Assembly (NCBI GenBank): GCA_965178125.1
Contig: OZ237763.1
Location: 62,001-126,000 of the forward strand
DNA: 64,000 nt
From: Bilabrum cf. latius
Taxonomy: Eukaryota
Reading direction: 5' to 3'
Shown: positions 54,026 to 64,000 of the stretch, piece after piece
Layout of the letters: each line of letters starts with the position of its first letter
How positions within the stretch are numbered: the stretch's first letter is position 1
The notes under the pieces: model-generated
Database searches by the model: none
The model's input: the letters and a program-made list of their open reading frames with translations, nothing else
Told to the model about the DNA's origin: nothing
Made by a program: the position numbers and the translations under genes

Positions 54026-57000
54026 TCACGCGACGTAGTGGTAGAGCTTCCCGTCCTCGTCGTCCCTCTCCATGTAGTCCCTGTCGATGAGGCTCTCGAT
54101 GCGCTTCTTGACGTAAATCGCCTCGACGGGGAACCGAAGCTGCCGGAACACCTCTGATTTCAGCTCTGGATCCGACAGGGTCTTCCTGCTCTTCATGACT
54201 CGCACGATGCACGCGTCCGTCTGGTATACGCGCTGCTGCTCCACCCTCTCGTCCGTCTCCTTCCGCTCGGCCGCCGTCTCCCGCGCCTGGATGGCATTGA
54301 TACGGAGCACCCTGCTCTTGTGCCGGAACCCCTCGTTGAATCGAAACACGTCTCCCTCCCCTATGCTCGTGCCTTTCTTCTCCTTCTGGATGACCCTCAC
54401 CTTGCCCAGGCACAGCGAGGCCAGCGTGAGCTTCAGCTCCCCCTCTGGGCTCATGCCGGTGCCGTCCCGGATCGAGGCGTAGCTCAGGCCCCCGCCGCTC
54501 TGACCACCCGCGGCAGCACCACCGCTGCCACTTTGACCACCACCATCGCCCCCGCCGCCCTCCCCGTTGAACTGCATCAGCACGACGGCCTGCGCCATGG
54601 ACACGGCCAGGTCCTTCCTGCCTAGCGAGAAGTTGGCCCCCAGCCTGCACTGCCCCAGAGCCAGCTGCCAGGCCAGCCGCCTGCCGGTGTGCCTGACGCC
54701 CAGGTACCACCGCTCGTACGCCACCATGGGCACCTGCAGCGAGGGAGGCAAGTTTGCCGTGAGCTTGGGGATGGGGGGCCAGTGGGTCGTCGTGAGAGTG
54801 TGCACCGTCATGTCCTCAGGTGCTGGCATGTAGCGCATGTCAGGATGGACACCGGCACTAGACCACGCACCTGCTGCACCGCTTGTTCCAGCACTGCTCC
54901 CTGTCCCGGCAACGCTATCATCCCCCTCGTCCCCATCTTCCCCGTCTTCCATGGCTGCACTCCCACTCCCACTGCCAGTCCCACTACCAGCCCCACTGCT
55001 GGCGCCGGCAGCTGCTGAAGATGATGAGGACGAGGACGACGAGGAAGACTCTCCCGATTTGCCCGCCCCTCTCCCCACCACTGTCTTGGCAGACCCGGGC
55101 GGTGGCAGCTGAAGCGGGTGCGCGGGAGCCCCCTCGCCCCCTCGCATGGCCTGCTTGAGGTACGTCTGGAACGCCTTCATGGTCTCCTTGCCCGTGGCCA
55201 TGTCCTGGAACATACCCTCCATCTTGCTCGTGTACGCGGGCCCGCACTCCCCTTTGAGCTTGGTGATCACGCGCTGCTCCAGGTCGCTCGACACCGACTT
55301 GCCCAGGAGCAGCCGCTTCGACAGGTCCTTCTTGTAGTACTCCTCGAAGACGTCCTTGGCGCGCACCGCCGAGAAGAGCTCAAGGGCCTTGTCGATGATC
55401 ATCTCAGGGGTAGACTCGCCGCCGCCTCCGCCGCTCCCACTGCCCCCAGCTCCGGCCCCGGCCCCGGAAGCCGGCCCGCCCCCCGCCCCGCCGCCGACGC
55501 CCGTCGCTGCCGAGCCGGTCTTGGCGTTCCTCAGGTGCCCGTCGAGGAACTTGGCGATCAGCTGAGCGGGCACATTCTCCACGCTGTTCAGCGCAGACGA
55601 AAAACCGTCCCGGATGGCACGCCCCAGGGGCGCCGACCCCTTGCACGCGCCACGAGCCGCCTCGAGCCGGTCCCGCAGCCGCAGCAACCTCGGGACGAAC
55701 TTTCGTCGGAGTTCCTTCGCTTCCTTCCCCGCCACGCAGCTCTCCCTCACGATGGCAGTCGCCCTGCTCCTGGCCAGCTCGAACATGGCGGCGGCGGCGG
55801 CCAGCTCGCACTCGTGCGGCCGTGCAGCCCGGTCCCTACCGCTCTCCGGCCTGGACGCAGCCGCCCCGTCCCACCCCATCGCCTGTTCCCCGGCGGAAGG
55901 AAGCCTCACTTGTTCCCTGACCAGGAGGGGCCAGAGCAAGCCCAGCTCGGGCAGCCTGCCCTCCTGCAGCAGGCACACGAAGCCCCTCGCCAGCAGGGCG
56001 GGCATCCTCTCGGAGAGCATCCGGGTCTCCACCGCGCGGACCAGGGGCCCGAGGGCGGAGTGCGGCTCGAGACACGACAGCGCCATCTCCCGCTCCTCGC
56101 GCAAGCGACGGGTCACCAGCCTGGCGTACCTCCCCGCGGCATCCGCGGCCAGCTTTGTCCCCTGGGGGTCCTGCATGGCCCGCTCCACGGCGCGGCCGGC
56201 GGCTCCCACGTTCGAGCCCGACTAGGACCCGGAGCCGGAAGCGGCACCCCCCTGCATGGGGACCTACCCCCCGGAATCACCCGCTTTATCCCCCTCCCCC
56301 TTCTTATCTTCAGCCTCGCCATCGAACCCCAGGGCCAGCGTCTCCGCCCTCGCCTCCTCCCTGAAGAAGAGGGACGACTCCTACAGGAGAGCGGGGAGGA
56401 GGAGGAGCCGGTGGGATGCGGAACTCGTCACACCGGCGGAGGACGCGGAGGACGACCCGATGATTTCAGCTTGGTCCTCGTCTTCGTCCTCGTCCTCATC
56501 GTCGTCCAGCATGGCAGCCTGTTGCTGCCCGGCATCTCCCGCGCCCCCCCACCAGCCCACCTGCAGAGCAAGCCCAACTGACCGGCGCAGGAGAGACTCT
56601 GCCTCGCTCTCGCCGCCCACCCCACCCTCACCGCGGCGCCGGTTCCGCACGAGCCCCAGGCACGCCCGCACCAGACGGACCCTGACCTCGCCCAGGGGCC
56701 TCCCCAGCCCCTCCACCGCCGCTCGGAACTCCCTCTGGCCCTGGGAGGCCACGGGCAGCACGCCGGCCGTCTGGTTCGCGAAGGTTCGGTCAAGGTACAG
56801 GCAGATGTTCCTCACGCCGGCCAGGGATCGGAGCAGGGACGTCCACTCGCCCAGCGCCCGCTGCAGGTACCCGGAGTGGCCGTCTGCACCACCATGCGAT
56901 GCACCCAGGGGAAGGGCCGGGGGGGCCGGCGGGATGGACACGCCGCAGCTGCCCCCGGAGCCTGCCCCTGCCCCTGCCCCTGCCCCGCCGGGCGGGAGCA

Positions 57001-57913
57001 GGAGCAGAGCATCGGCATCCGCCGCCCCTGCGGCACCGGCTGAGGAATGGTCCCTGGCCGCCGCCGCAGCCCCCTCGACGTATTTGCCCACCTCTTGTTC
57101 CCCGGCGTGCCCAGGCCCGCACAGCCTCGCTACCACCCTCGCGCAGTGCAGCCTCAAGTCCCCCCTCAGCGCGTGGTACAGCCCCGGCCCCATCCTCCGC
57201 TTGCACAGGTCCTCCGCGATGCTGTACAGCTCCTCCCTCGAGGCCGGGAATGGCTGCTCGTGCAGGATGCTCCACATGGCGGGCCGCAGCTGCGCCCAGC
57301 CCCGGCGTAACAACGAGCGCGCATCCGACTGTTCCGGTTTGGGGCGGCTGGCGTCCACCGTCACCTTTAAGCGAGCCCGGGACGAGGCAGAGGAGGAGGC
57401 GGAGGAGGACAAGCCGCCGCCGCCGCGACCCCCGCGGCCGCCCCTCCCGCCCCTCCCGCCGCGACCGCCCCTAGATGACCCTCGGCCCCGACCACCGCTT
57501 CGTGGGGTGCCTGCCCCGCCGGTGCTCTGCGAGCCGCCGCTTGACGATCGTCGAACGAGCATGAAACCGCTTGTCGGCAGGGCTTTCGACTTCTGTCCGA
57601 AAGCAGTGGTACCACTGCTCAGGCGAACGCGCACACCACTTTTTTTCCCTAGCCTCCGCTTTTTTTGGGGGGCTTGCCCTTGCTCCAGGTTCCGGAAGAA
57701 CCCTGATTCAGGCTGTCCAGGATCAGACGAGCGCGACGTGCCGCTGGATGAAGATGAGCTGGACGCCTGCCGCCCAGAGCTGGAACCCAAACGATTCGAT
57801 AGTCCTGTAGACTGGTGGCTATGCCCCGGGGCTGCTTCTGCCTGCGATTCTCGGGGCCGCTTCTGCCCGGGCGATTCGTGATTTGGAAGCCTGGGCGGGC
57901 CACTTGGATCCAT
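54026..57913 (-). CDS. CUL4: Cullin (CUL4-like)
   Basis: SREELYSIAEDLC, RNICLYLDR, KDVFEEYYKKDLSKRLLLGKS..KLKGECG, neddylation motif DACIVRVMKSRK, KKRIESLIDRDYMERD..YHYVA. TAG at 56381, 56264, 56222. Ends TGA. Confidence 0.9.
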
Positions 57914-58185
57914 GCAGCGATTTGCGCTGCCGAGCTGCCGCAATTTAATATTGCGTACAGACGACCCTAATGATAAACGCCGGGGCTCGCTCTCGCTTTT
58001 CCTGCTTATACTGCCACGTCGTCCGTCGAGAAGAAATCAGTCCGGCGCCTCAAAAGAGCACGTTTCAAATATTCAGACGCAAAAAAGCGAACAACCCTGC
58101 GTATTTCTGCAAAGGGAGCACCATGGCAACCAGTATTTATTGCAAAATGGAATAGCCGCGAATCGTTGCACGAATCTGTGGCTTC
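57914..58185. promoter_or_regulatory. Probable bidirectional promoter, CUL4/eIF3m
   Basis: About 270 bp AT-richer spacer between divergent ATGs. Confidence 0.45.
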
Positions 58186-60144
58186 ATGTCGGAAAGACTG
58201 TCGGGCAAGGTTCCCTACTCGGATGAAGACCTGAAAGAACTTATGGAGGAGAATGAGGTTTCCTCGATCGAGGCCCTCGAGGGCCTCTCGGATAGCATTG
58301 TAGATAGCAAGAGATTGGATTCTTATAGAGTAGATCTTCGGATGCGATCGAGCGCCGGAAGGAATGTTGCAGAGCTGGCAAAGGAGTTGCAGCAGCACCC
58401 CGAGATTATCACTGGAGCCGGCGACGCGGACACCGTCGACGGGTTCGTAGCGCTCTTGGTGCACGCATTTAGAGCACTTGGCGACAAAGAGCACAGGGAT
58501 GCGCTGGACTCTGTCTGCGGCGCGATCTGCGAAGTCGCAGAGTTCGAGCGGGAGCAGAGCGGCGGCGCGGTCGAGGTGGCTGCCTCTGAGCACCTCGGCC
58601 TCCGCGCCATCGTTGGAATCTACAACATGATTGAGGACAGGCCGCTCTCCAGACTCGCCGCGCTCACCCGCGCGATCGAGCTGGCCAGGGGCACCTCCCT
58701 GCTCTCCCCGCTCGTCCCGCTGCTCGCCCGCGCCGACGTGCTCGCCTCGAGCTGGAGCACCTGCTCGGCCGTAGGGCCCAAGGACAGGCGGGCCCTCATC
58801 CTCGCCGCCGCTGGTGCCCTCCAGCAGGACGGCAGGGCGGCCGCGGCCCAGGCCCTTCGCCTTCGGTGCCTCGCTGATTTCCAGCCGGCCTTGGCATTGT
58901 CCACTCCATCCTCCCAGGCCTCCTCGGGCGCGGGCGCTTCTTCTTCTTCTGCTGCTGCTGCCCCCGAGGACCCCTCCAGCCAGGAAGCGAGGGAAATTGC
59001 CGCTGCTGTGGCCCGGGCCGCCCTGACCTCGGCGATGCTGTTCGTGCGGTCGTCGCCCCTAAGCTTTGCTGCCGTGAGTTCTTTCCATCTTGGCAACTGC
59101 ATGCACGTCGTGCTGTTGAAATTTTGTCGTTTGCTTGTTTGCTTCTCTTGCTTGTGGTTGCTATGAAGTTTGGCGAGCTGTTGCAGCGGCAGGTGCACGT
59201 CCTCCCTCGCCGATGATACAACGACTTGCAGCGGGCACCTCTTTCGGGGGAGCCCCGCTGCATCTCTTCAAGTTCTAGTATCGGATGAGTCGGGTGCCCC
59301 ACCCTCGCCCCTGGGGACCACCTAGCGGTGGAGCCCCCGGTCGTGTGCTTGGAGGGCACTTTGCTTACATGAGACGAACGTATTTTCTCTCTGAGGCGAC
59401 GATGCACGGGGGCGTGTGCTGGAGTGCGTGCCTGCGGGGTTGTCTGGCATTGTCCGTAGCTTGGCGGTTGCCATCAGCATTTTTCCACGCCTTCTTTGGG
59501 CCCTGTCACCTTCACCACACCGCCCCATTCACCTCCCTCTCCTGATTCCGGTGTTTGTCCCATTCAATGTTCAATCGCAGGTGCGCAACCTTGAGGGCAC
59601 GGACCTTGGGCTGCTCGTGAGGCTGCTGCGGGTGCTGCGGACTGGGGGCCTGGCAGACCTTGAGGGGGTGGTCAAAGAAGCGGGCGGGGAGGACGCTCTG
59701 CAGGGCGTGGCGCAGGTGTCCGTTGAGTCGCTCAGGAGCACGCTGCGGGTGCTGCTGCTGAGCTCGCTGTGCCACAGGACGCTGGGAAAGCCTCTGGGCT
59801 TCGCTGCCGTGACTCGAGAGCTGGGGCTATCCCTGTCGGCGGGCGAGGGCAAGGAGTCGGATGAGGCTGGAGACGCCGAGGAGGAGGCGGAGGAGTGGGT
59901 GCTGGAGGCGGTGCGGCAGGGGCTGGTGGAGGCCCGCGTCGACGAGGTGGAGGGCACGGTCCGTGTGACGAGGGCGACTCCGCGGGCGCTCGGAGATTCG
60001 GAGCGGGAAAGCGCCCGGCGGGTGCTGCTGGCCATGCACTCGGCGGTGGGCGCCCTCGAGGAGTCTGCCTTCGCGGGCACGGGCCGGGAGGCAGCCCCCA
60101 CTGCTGCGGCTGCGGGGCCCAGGAAGCAGAAGGCGGGCAGGTGA
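58186..60144 (+). CDS. EIF3M: Translation initiation factor eIF3 subunit M (PCI domain)
   Basis: AVRNLEG..LLRVL..G, LRVLLLSSL, EEWVLEAVRQGLVEARVDEVEGTVRVTRATPRALG. Intron 59074-59580. Ends TGA. Confidence 0.8.
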
Positions 60145-60374
60145 TTCGGTGACCCCGTGTATGGCCCGTGTGGTTTCATTGGACTTACAGTGGTTAGGGG
60201 ATGGGGAACCTAGCAGTCCGGCTGTTATAGTAGTCTCAAAGAATCTAGCAATCGGGTTGTGTGGAGGCTTTGTGCTTTGCTTTGAGTGCTACTGCGGCAT
60301 CATCGCATGCCTCGAGCAGGTAGTCTTAATGGCCGTCACAAACACCCCTGCATGGAGCTGCGCTCATCCACTCT

Positions 60375-62198
60375 TCACAGCCTCACCATCCCCACCCCGT
60401 GCACCGTCACCACCACGGCCCTCGACCCCTCCACCTCCTCCACGTCGAACCGAGCCCCCAGCAGGCGCTCCAGCAGTGCCATGGCCGTGGTGGCGTGCAG
60501 GGACAGAGGGCCCGTCCGGAATCGCGTTTGACCACCGGCCAAAGCCGCGAAGATAAGCACCTGGTCCGCTGCGTGCTCGTCCAAGCAGGCTCCGCACAGG
60601 ATGTCTTGCTCCAGCTTGCGGGCGCATTCCTCCACGATGGACTCCACAGTGCCACCGCGCCCACCACCTCCCCTGCCACCTCCACCTCCCCTACCTCTAC
60701 CTCCACCTCCACCTCCACCTCTGCCCCTGCCTCTGCCACCCGTCCCTCTACCTCCTTTCCCGCCTCTTTTCCCACCTCCTCTCAGCTCCACGATGGTCTC
60801 CTGGCTCAGGACCCACCCGTCCTCGGTGCGGGCGCTGCATCGCACCACACACCCCGGGCTGAGCACACCTCGACCCACGTGCTCGTTGGTCGATTCCACA
60901 GGTACCCGATTGCCCCCTGGCCCGCCCGATTTGCCACCAGCACCCGCACCTGCCCCGGTACCTGCACCTCCCATTGCCACATCCCCAGCTTCAGCTTCAG
61001 CCCTGACTCCGTCCCCCCCACCACCATCACCACCACCATCACCAGCCTCCGTGTCGAACGCCATGCCCAGCTCCAATGCCCTGGTCCTCGCCAGCCGATG
61101 CATAGCATGCTCCGCAGCCTTGAGAACCGCCGCCGCGGTTTCCAAGGGGAACTTGCCTCCGTGTCTCACCGTCGCCTCCAGTCGAACCACTCGGCCGCGC
61201 CGGGTGGCCCCAATGAGGGGACGCAGGGCGACCCCGGGGTCCAGCGGCATGACCCTCAGCTGAAACTTGCCCCCACCGCGGGGGAAAAATCCGTGGGGGC
61301 CGAGCGACATCACGCAGCGAATGCCGAAGCGGTTCAGCAGCGGAGACAGCGTTCGCTCGAGGAACATGGAAGGGGGCGCGAAGGCTGCGTCTGTTCCTCC
61401 CGTCATGTTGAGCACTGCCATGGCTGGGTCGTCAAGCGGGCCCATCGCGAATATGTCTGTCTTGGCTGGAGCAAGCTTGCTTTCTGGCACACCACAATCA
61501 CGCTTGGCACTGCCAGTGGCAGGGGCTTCGGTGCTCATCGTGGCTGTGGGGGCGGCACTTGGCGCGGTGCTGCCGGTGGCAGCTGCAACACCAGTCGATG
61601 CCTCGCTTGGTAGCTTGCTTGCAGCAACAGCACCGCCCGTTGCAGCCCCGGCAGCAGATGCCGGTGCAAATGTACCGTCTCGCTTGCTTTCTGCAGCCCT
61701 TGGGCCTGGTAATCGGGCCGGTGGTACCAGCAGCTTCTCCGTTCTCGCTGAGCCCAGGTACAGAAGTGTCGGCAACACGAGCTGAGCAACAAGCGCAGTG
61801 GATCCAGCGGTCCCTATCTCTACATCCATGGATTGCCCTATATTTGGGGAGCAACCTGTGGCGTCCAGTTCCACCGTCATTGATTTCACATTCGTTCCAG
61901 TAGCTCGGGCTCCATGCAGTGTTGCCCCAGTCACAATTCCCTTGGAATGCTGGGCTCGAAGGCCGGGAGTCGATCGCTTTCCCCTTACATTAATTACCTT
62001 GCATGCACCGCGAGTGATCAGCGTGCAAGCCGACGTGATGCGCAGCACCTGCCCTCCGCCTTCTCCCTCGCTGCCGTCGACGACGACTGCGTGCGATGGT
62101 GCGGTCTCAGCGGCAGCTGCACCGCCACTGGCAGTGCTGGATGGGTCCATCGCGACAGCTCTTTTCTCCATTTTGGAAGTTACACGCTCTCTTTCCAT
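60375..62198 (-). CDS. RTCA: RNA 3'-terminal phosphate cyclase
   Basis: DGSEGEGGGQVLR, PGLRAQH, TAGSTALVAQ, GGTD, GFFPRGGG, catalytic LDEHAADQ, SLHATT. Ends TGA. Confidence 0.93.
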   Translation of the reverse strand: MERERVTSKMEKRAVAMDPSSTASGGAAAAETAPSHAVVVDGSEGEGGGQVLRITSACTLITRGACKVINVRGKRSTPGLRAQHSKGIVTGATLHGARATGTNVKSMTVELDATGCSPNIGQSMDVEIGTAGSTALVAQLVLPTLLYLGSARTEKLLVPPARLPGPRAAESKRDGTFAPASAAGAATGGAVAASKLPSEASTGVAAATGSTAPSAAPTATMSTEAPATGSAKRDCGVPESKLAPAKTDIFAMGPLDDPAMAVLNMTGGTDAAFAPPSMFLERTLSPLLNRFGIRCVMSLGPHGFFPRGGGKFQLRVMPLDPGVALRPLIGATRRGRVVRLEATVRHGGKFPLETAAAVLKAAEHAMHRLARTRALELGMAFDTEAGDGGGDGGGGDGVRAEAEAGDVAMGGAGTGAGAGAGGKSGGPGGNRVPVESTNEHVGRGVLSPGCVVRCSARTEDGWVLSQETIVELRGGGKRGGKGGRGTGGRGRGRGGGGGGGRGRGGGGGRGGGGRGGTVESIVEECARKLEQDILCGACLDEHAADQVLIFAALAGGQTRFRTGPLSLHATTAMALLERLLGARFDVEEVEGSRAVVVTVHGVGMVRL

Positions 62199-62419
62199 GG
62201 ATCTTGTCTACGCACGAAGGGAAGCAACACATCGGCAACTCGAGCGAGCCAGACCGGAAGCGTGCACCAACCGCAAAGCACCAGCGAACGCCCAGTGCGT
62301 AAATCACAGTCTCCGTTTTCGTTCAATCACCAACGCGCTTCCTCCAGGCACACACCCCGGGGCGCGCACGCAAGCCAACCGCCCACTGCCACTGGCAAGC
62401 GGCACGATCCCGCCCTCCC

Positions 62420-63950
62420 TCATTCGTGCTTGCCTGCCCCCGCTCGGCGGTACGACTCCCCAGGGGTGAACGCCTCGATCCCAGTGATGCCCCGGCCCAG
62501 GATGAGCGCGTGCACATCCGCCGTCCCCTCGTAGGTCACCACGGCCTCCAGCCCCACCGCGTGCCGGATCACGCCGTACTCGTCACTCACCCCGTTCCCG
62601 CCCAGCATGTCACGGGCCTCCCTCGCGATGGCAAGGGCCTACACCGTGTTGTTCCTCTTCACCAGGCTGATCATCTCAGGGGGGCAACCCTCGGGCACAC
62701 CGTTGGCCAGCCCTTGTTCCTTGACCCGGGCCACCTGCACGGCCCCCAGTAGACCGAGGGAGATGTCCGTGGCCATGTCTGCCAGCTTCTTCTGCACCAT
62801 CTGGTTGGAGGCCAGCGGGGCACCGAACTGCTGCCGGTCCAGGGTGTACTGCCTTGCGGTGTCGTAGCAGTACTCGGCGGCGCCCATGGCACCAAAGGCG
62901 ATCCCCAGCCGGGCCGAGTTGAGGCAGGAGAAGGGGGCCTTGAGCCCCTCCGCGAGGGGCAGTTGGTTGGCCTGGGGCACCCTGCAGTCGTCCAGGAAAA
63001 TCATGCCGGTGGGAGAGGCGCGCAGGGCCACCTTGCCCTCGATCTTCGGAGTGTCGAACCCGGGAGTCCCCCGCTCCACGATGAACCCCCTGACTTTCCC
63101 GTCGGCCGTGTCCCGCGCCCAGATGATCGCGATGTCCGCGATGGGGCTCGAGGTGATCCAGTTCTTGGCCCCGGTCAGTGACCAGCTGCCGTCCGGCTGC
63201 TTGGTGGCTCTGGTCTCCATGCCCGCGGGGTCTGAGCCGTGGTTGGGCTCGGTGAGGCCGAAGCAGCCTACAAGCTCGCCCGAGGCGAGGCGGGGCAAGT
63301 ACTGCGAGGGAGAGGTGATGACGTGTGATGTGGGGCGTGCGTTGGGAGGTGGGGGTGCGATCAGCGAGCGTTTCGGGCAATGACCTGCCGTGAGAGACTA
63401 GCAACTAATCATTGTAATTGTTCTAGTCGAGCCTTTGCCATGGTGCGAGCCACAGTGTGAGGCCACGCAGGCGACTTCACCTGGGCAGCTGGCCGCCAAG
63501 AAAACGCCTCACCTTCTCCTTTTGCTCATCAGATCCAAACTTGTAGATGGGGTGCATCACCAAAGATGATTGCACGCTCATGGCGGATCGGTACGCACTG
63601 TCCACGCGCTCAACTTCTCGGGCAATGAGGCCGTATGCCACGGTGCTCACGCCGGAACAGCCGTAGCCTTCGATCGTGGGGCCAAGGAGGCCCAGTTCCC
63701 CCATCTCGCGGAATATCTCGCGGTCAAACGTCTCATTTCGGAAATTATCGGTCACTCTCGGCATCAACTTTGCCTGAGCATATGAGCGGGCGCTATCCAT
63801 CACTAGTTTCTCTTCTTCTGTGAGCAACGATGCCATGCCAAGCGGGTCAGACGGGTCAAATCGAGCTAGAGATGCCATCGATCGACGGCCAACATGTTTT
63901 AATGCCCGACGAGAGGCATAGCCAAGCTTTTCCCCGATCGTTCGCAGCAT
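62420..63950 (-). CDS. GCDH: Glutaryl-CoA dehydrogenase, mitochondrial
   Basis: Presequence, [42 protein letters not shown](TAG)[29 protein letters not shown]. Intron 63302-63512. TAG at 62639. Ends TGA. Confidence 0.95.
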
Positions 63951-64000
63951 AGTTGGGGAGATGTGCGTCTGCGCTAGGCGGAGTTTGCATCTTCATCTTT

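Overview
GC-rich, gene-dense eukaryotic nuclear DNA with short GT-AG introns (mostly GTGAG...GCAG), many head-to-head gene pairs, and long Gly/Ala-rich insertions in conserved proteins. Gene content and style suggest a flagellated protist, possibly a stramenopile; this is inference only. About 19 protein-coding loci: ABCB transporter (3' partial), class I aldolase, class 3 lipase, mitochondrial Ffh M-domain-like protein, a giant ankyrin protein, NDUFB11, Hook-like protein, casein kinase 1, two tandem MAPKs, a membrane protein, GCP3, two tandem ankyrin-containing giants, a giant secreted/membrane protein, cullin-4, eIF3m, RtcA and glutaryl-CoA dehydrogenase. The main discovery is a non-standard nuclear genetic code. 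Roughly 80 in-frame TAG codons (manual count) interrupt otherwise intact genes, including conserved housekeeping domains, and TAG swaps with CAG at six aligned positions between paralogs. True gene ends use TGA (16 genes) or TAA (2), and no internal TAA was seen. Best reading: UAG=Gln with UAA and UGA still acting as stops. The supplied ORF track fragments most genes for this reason.
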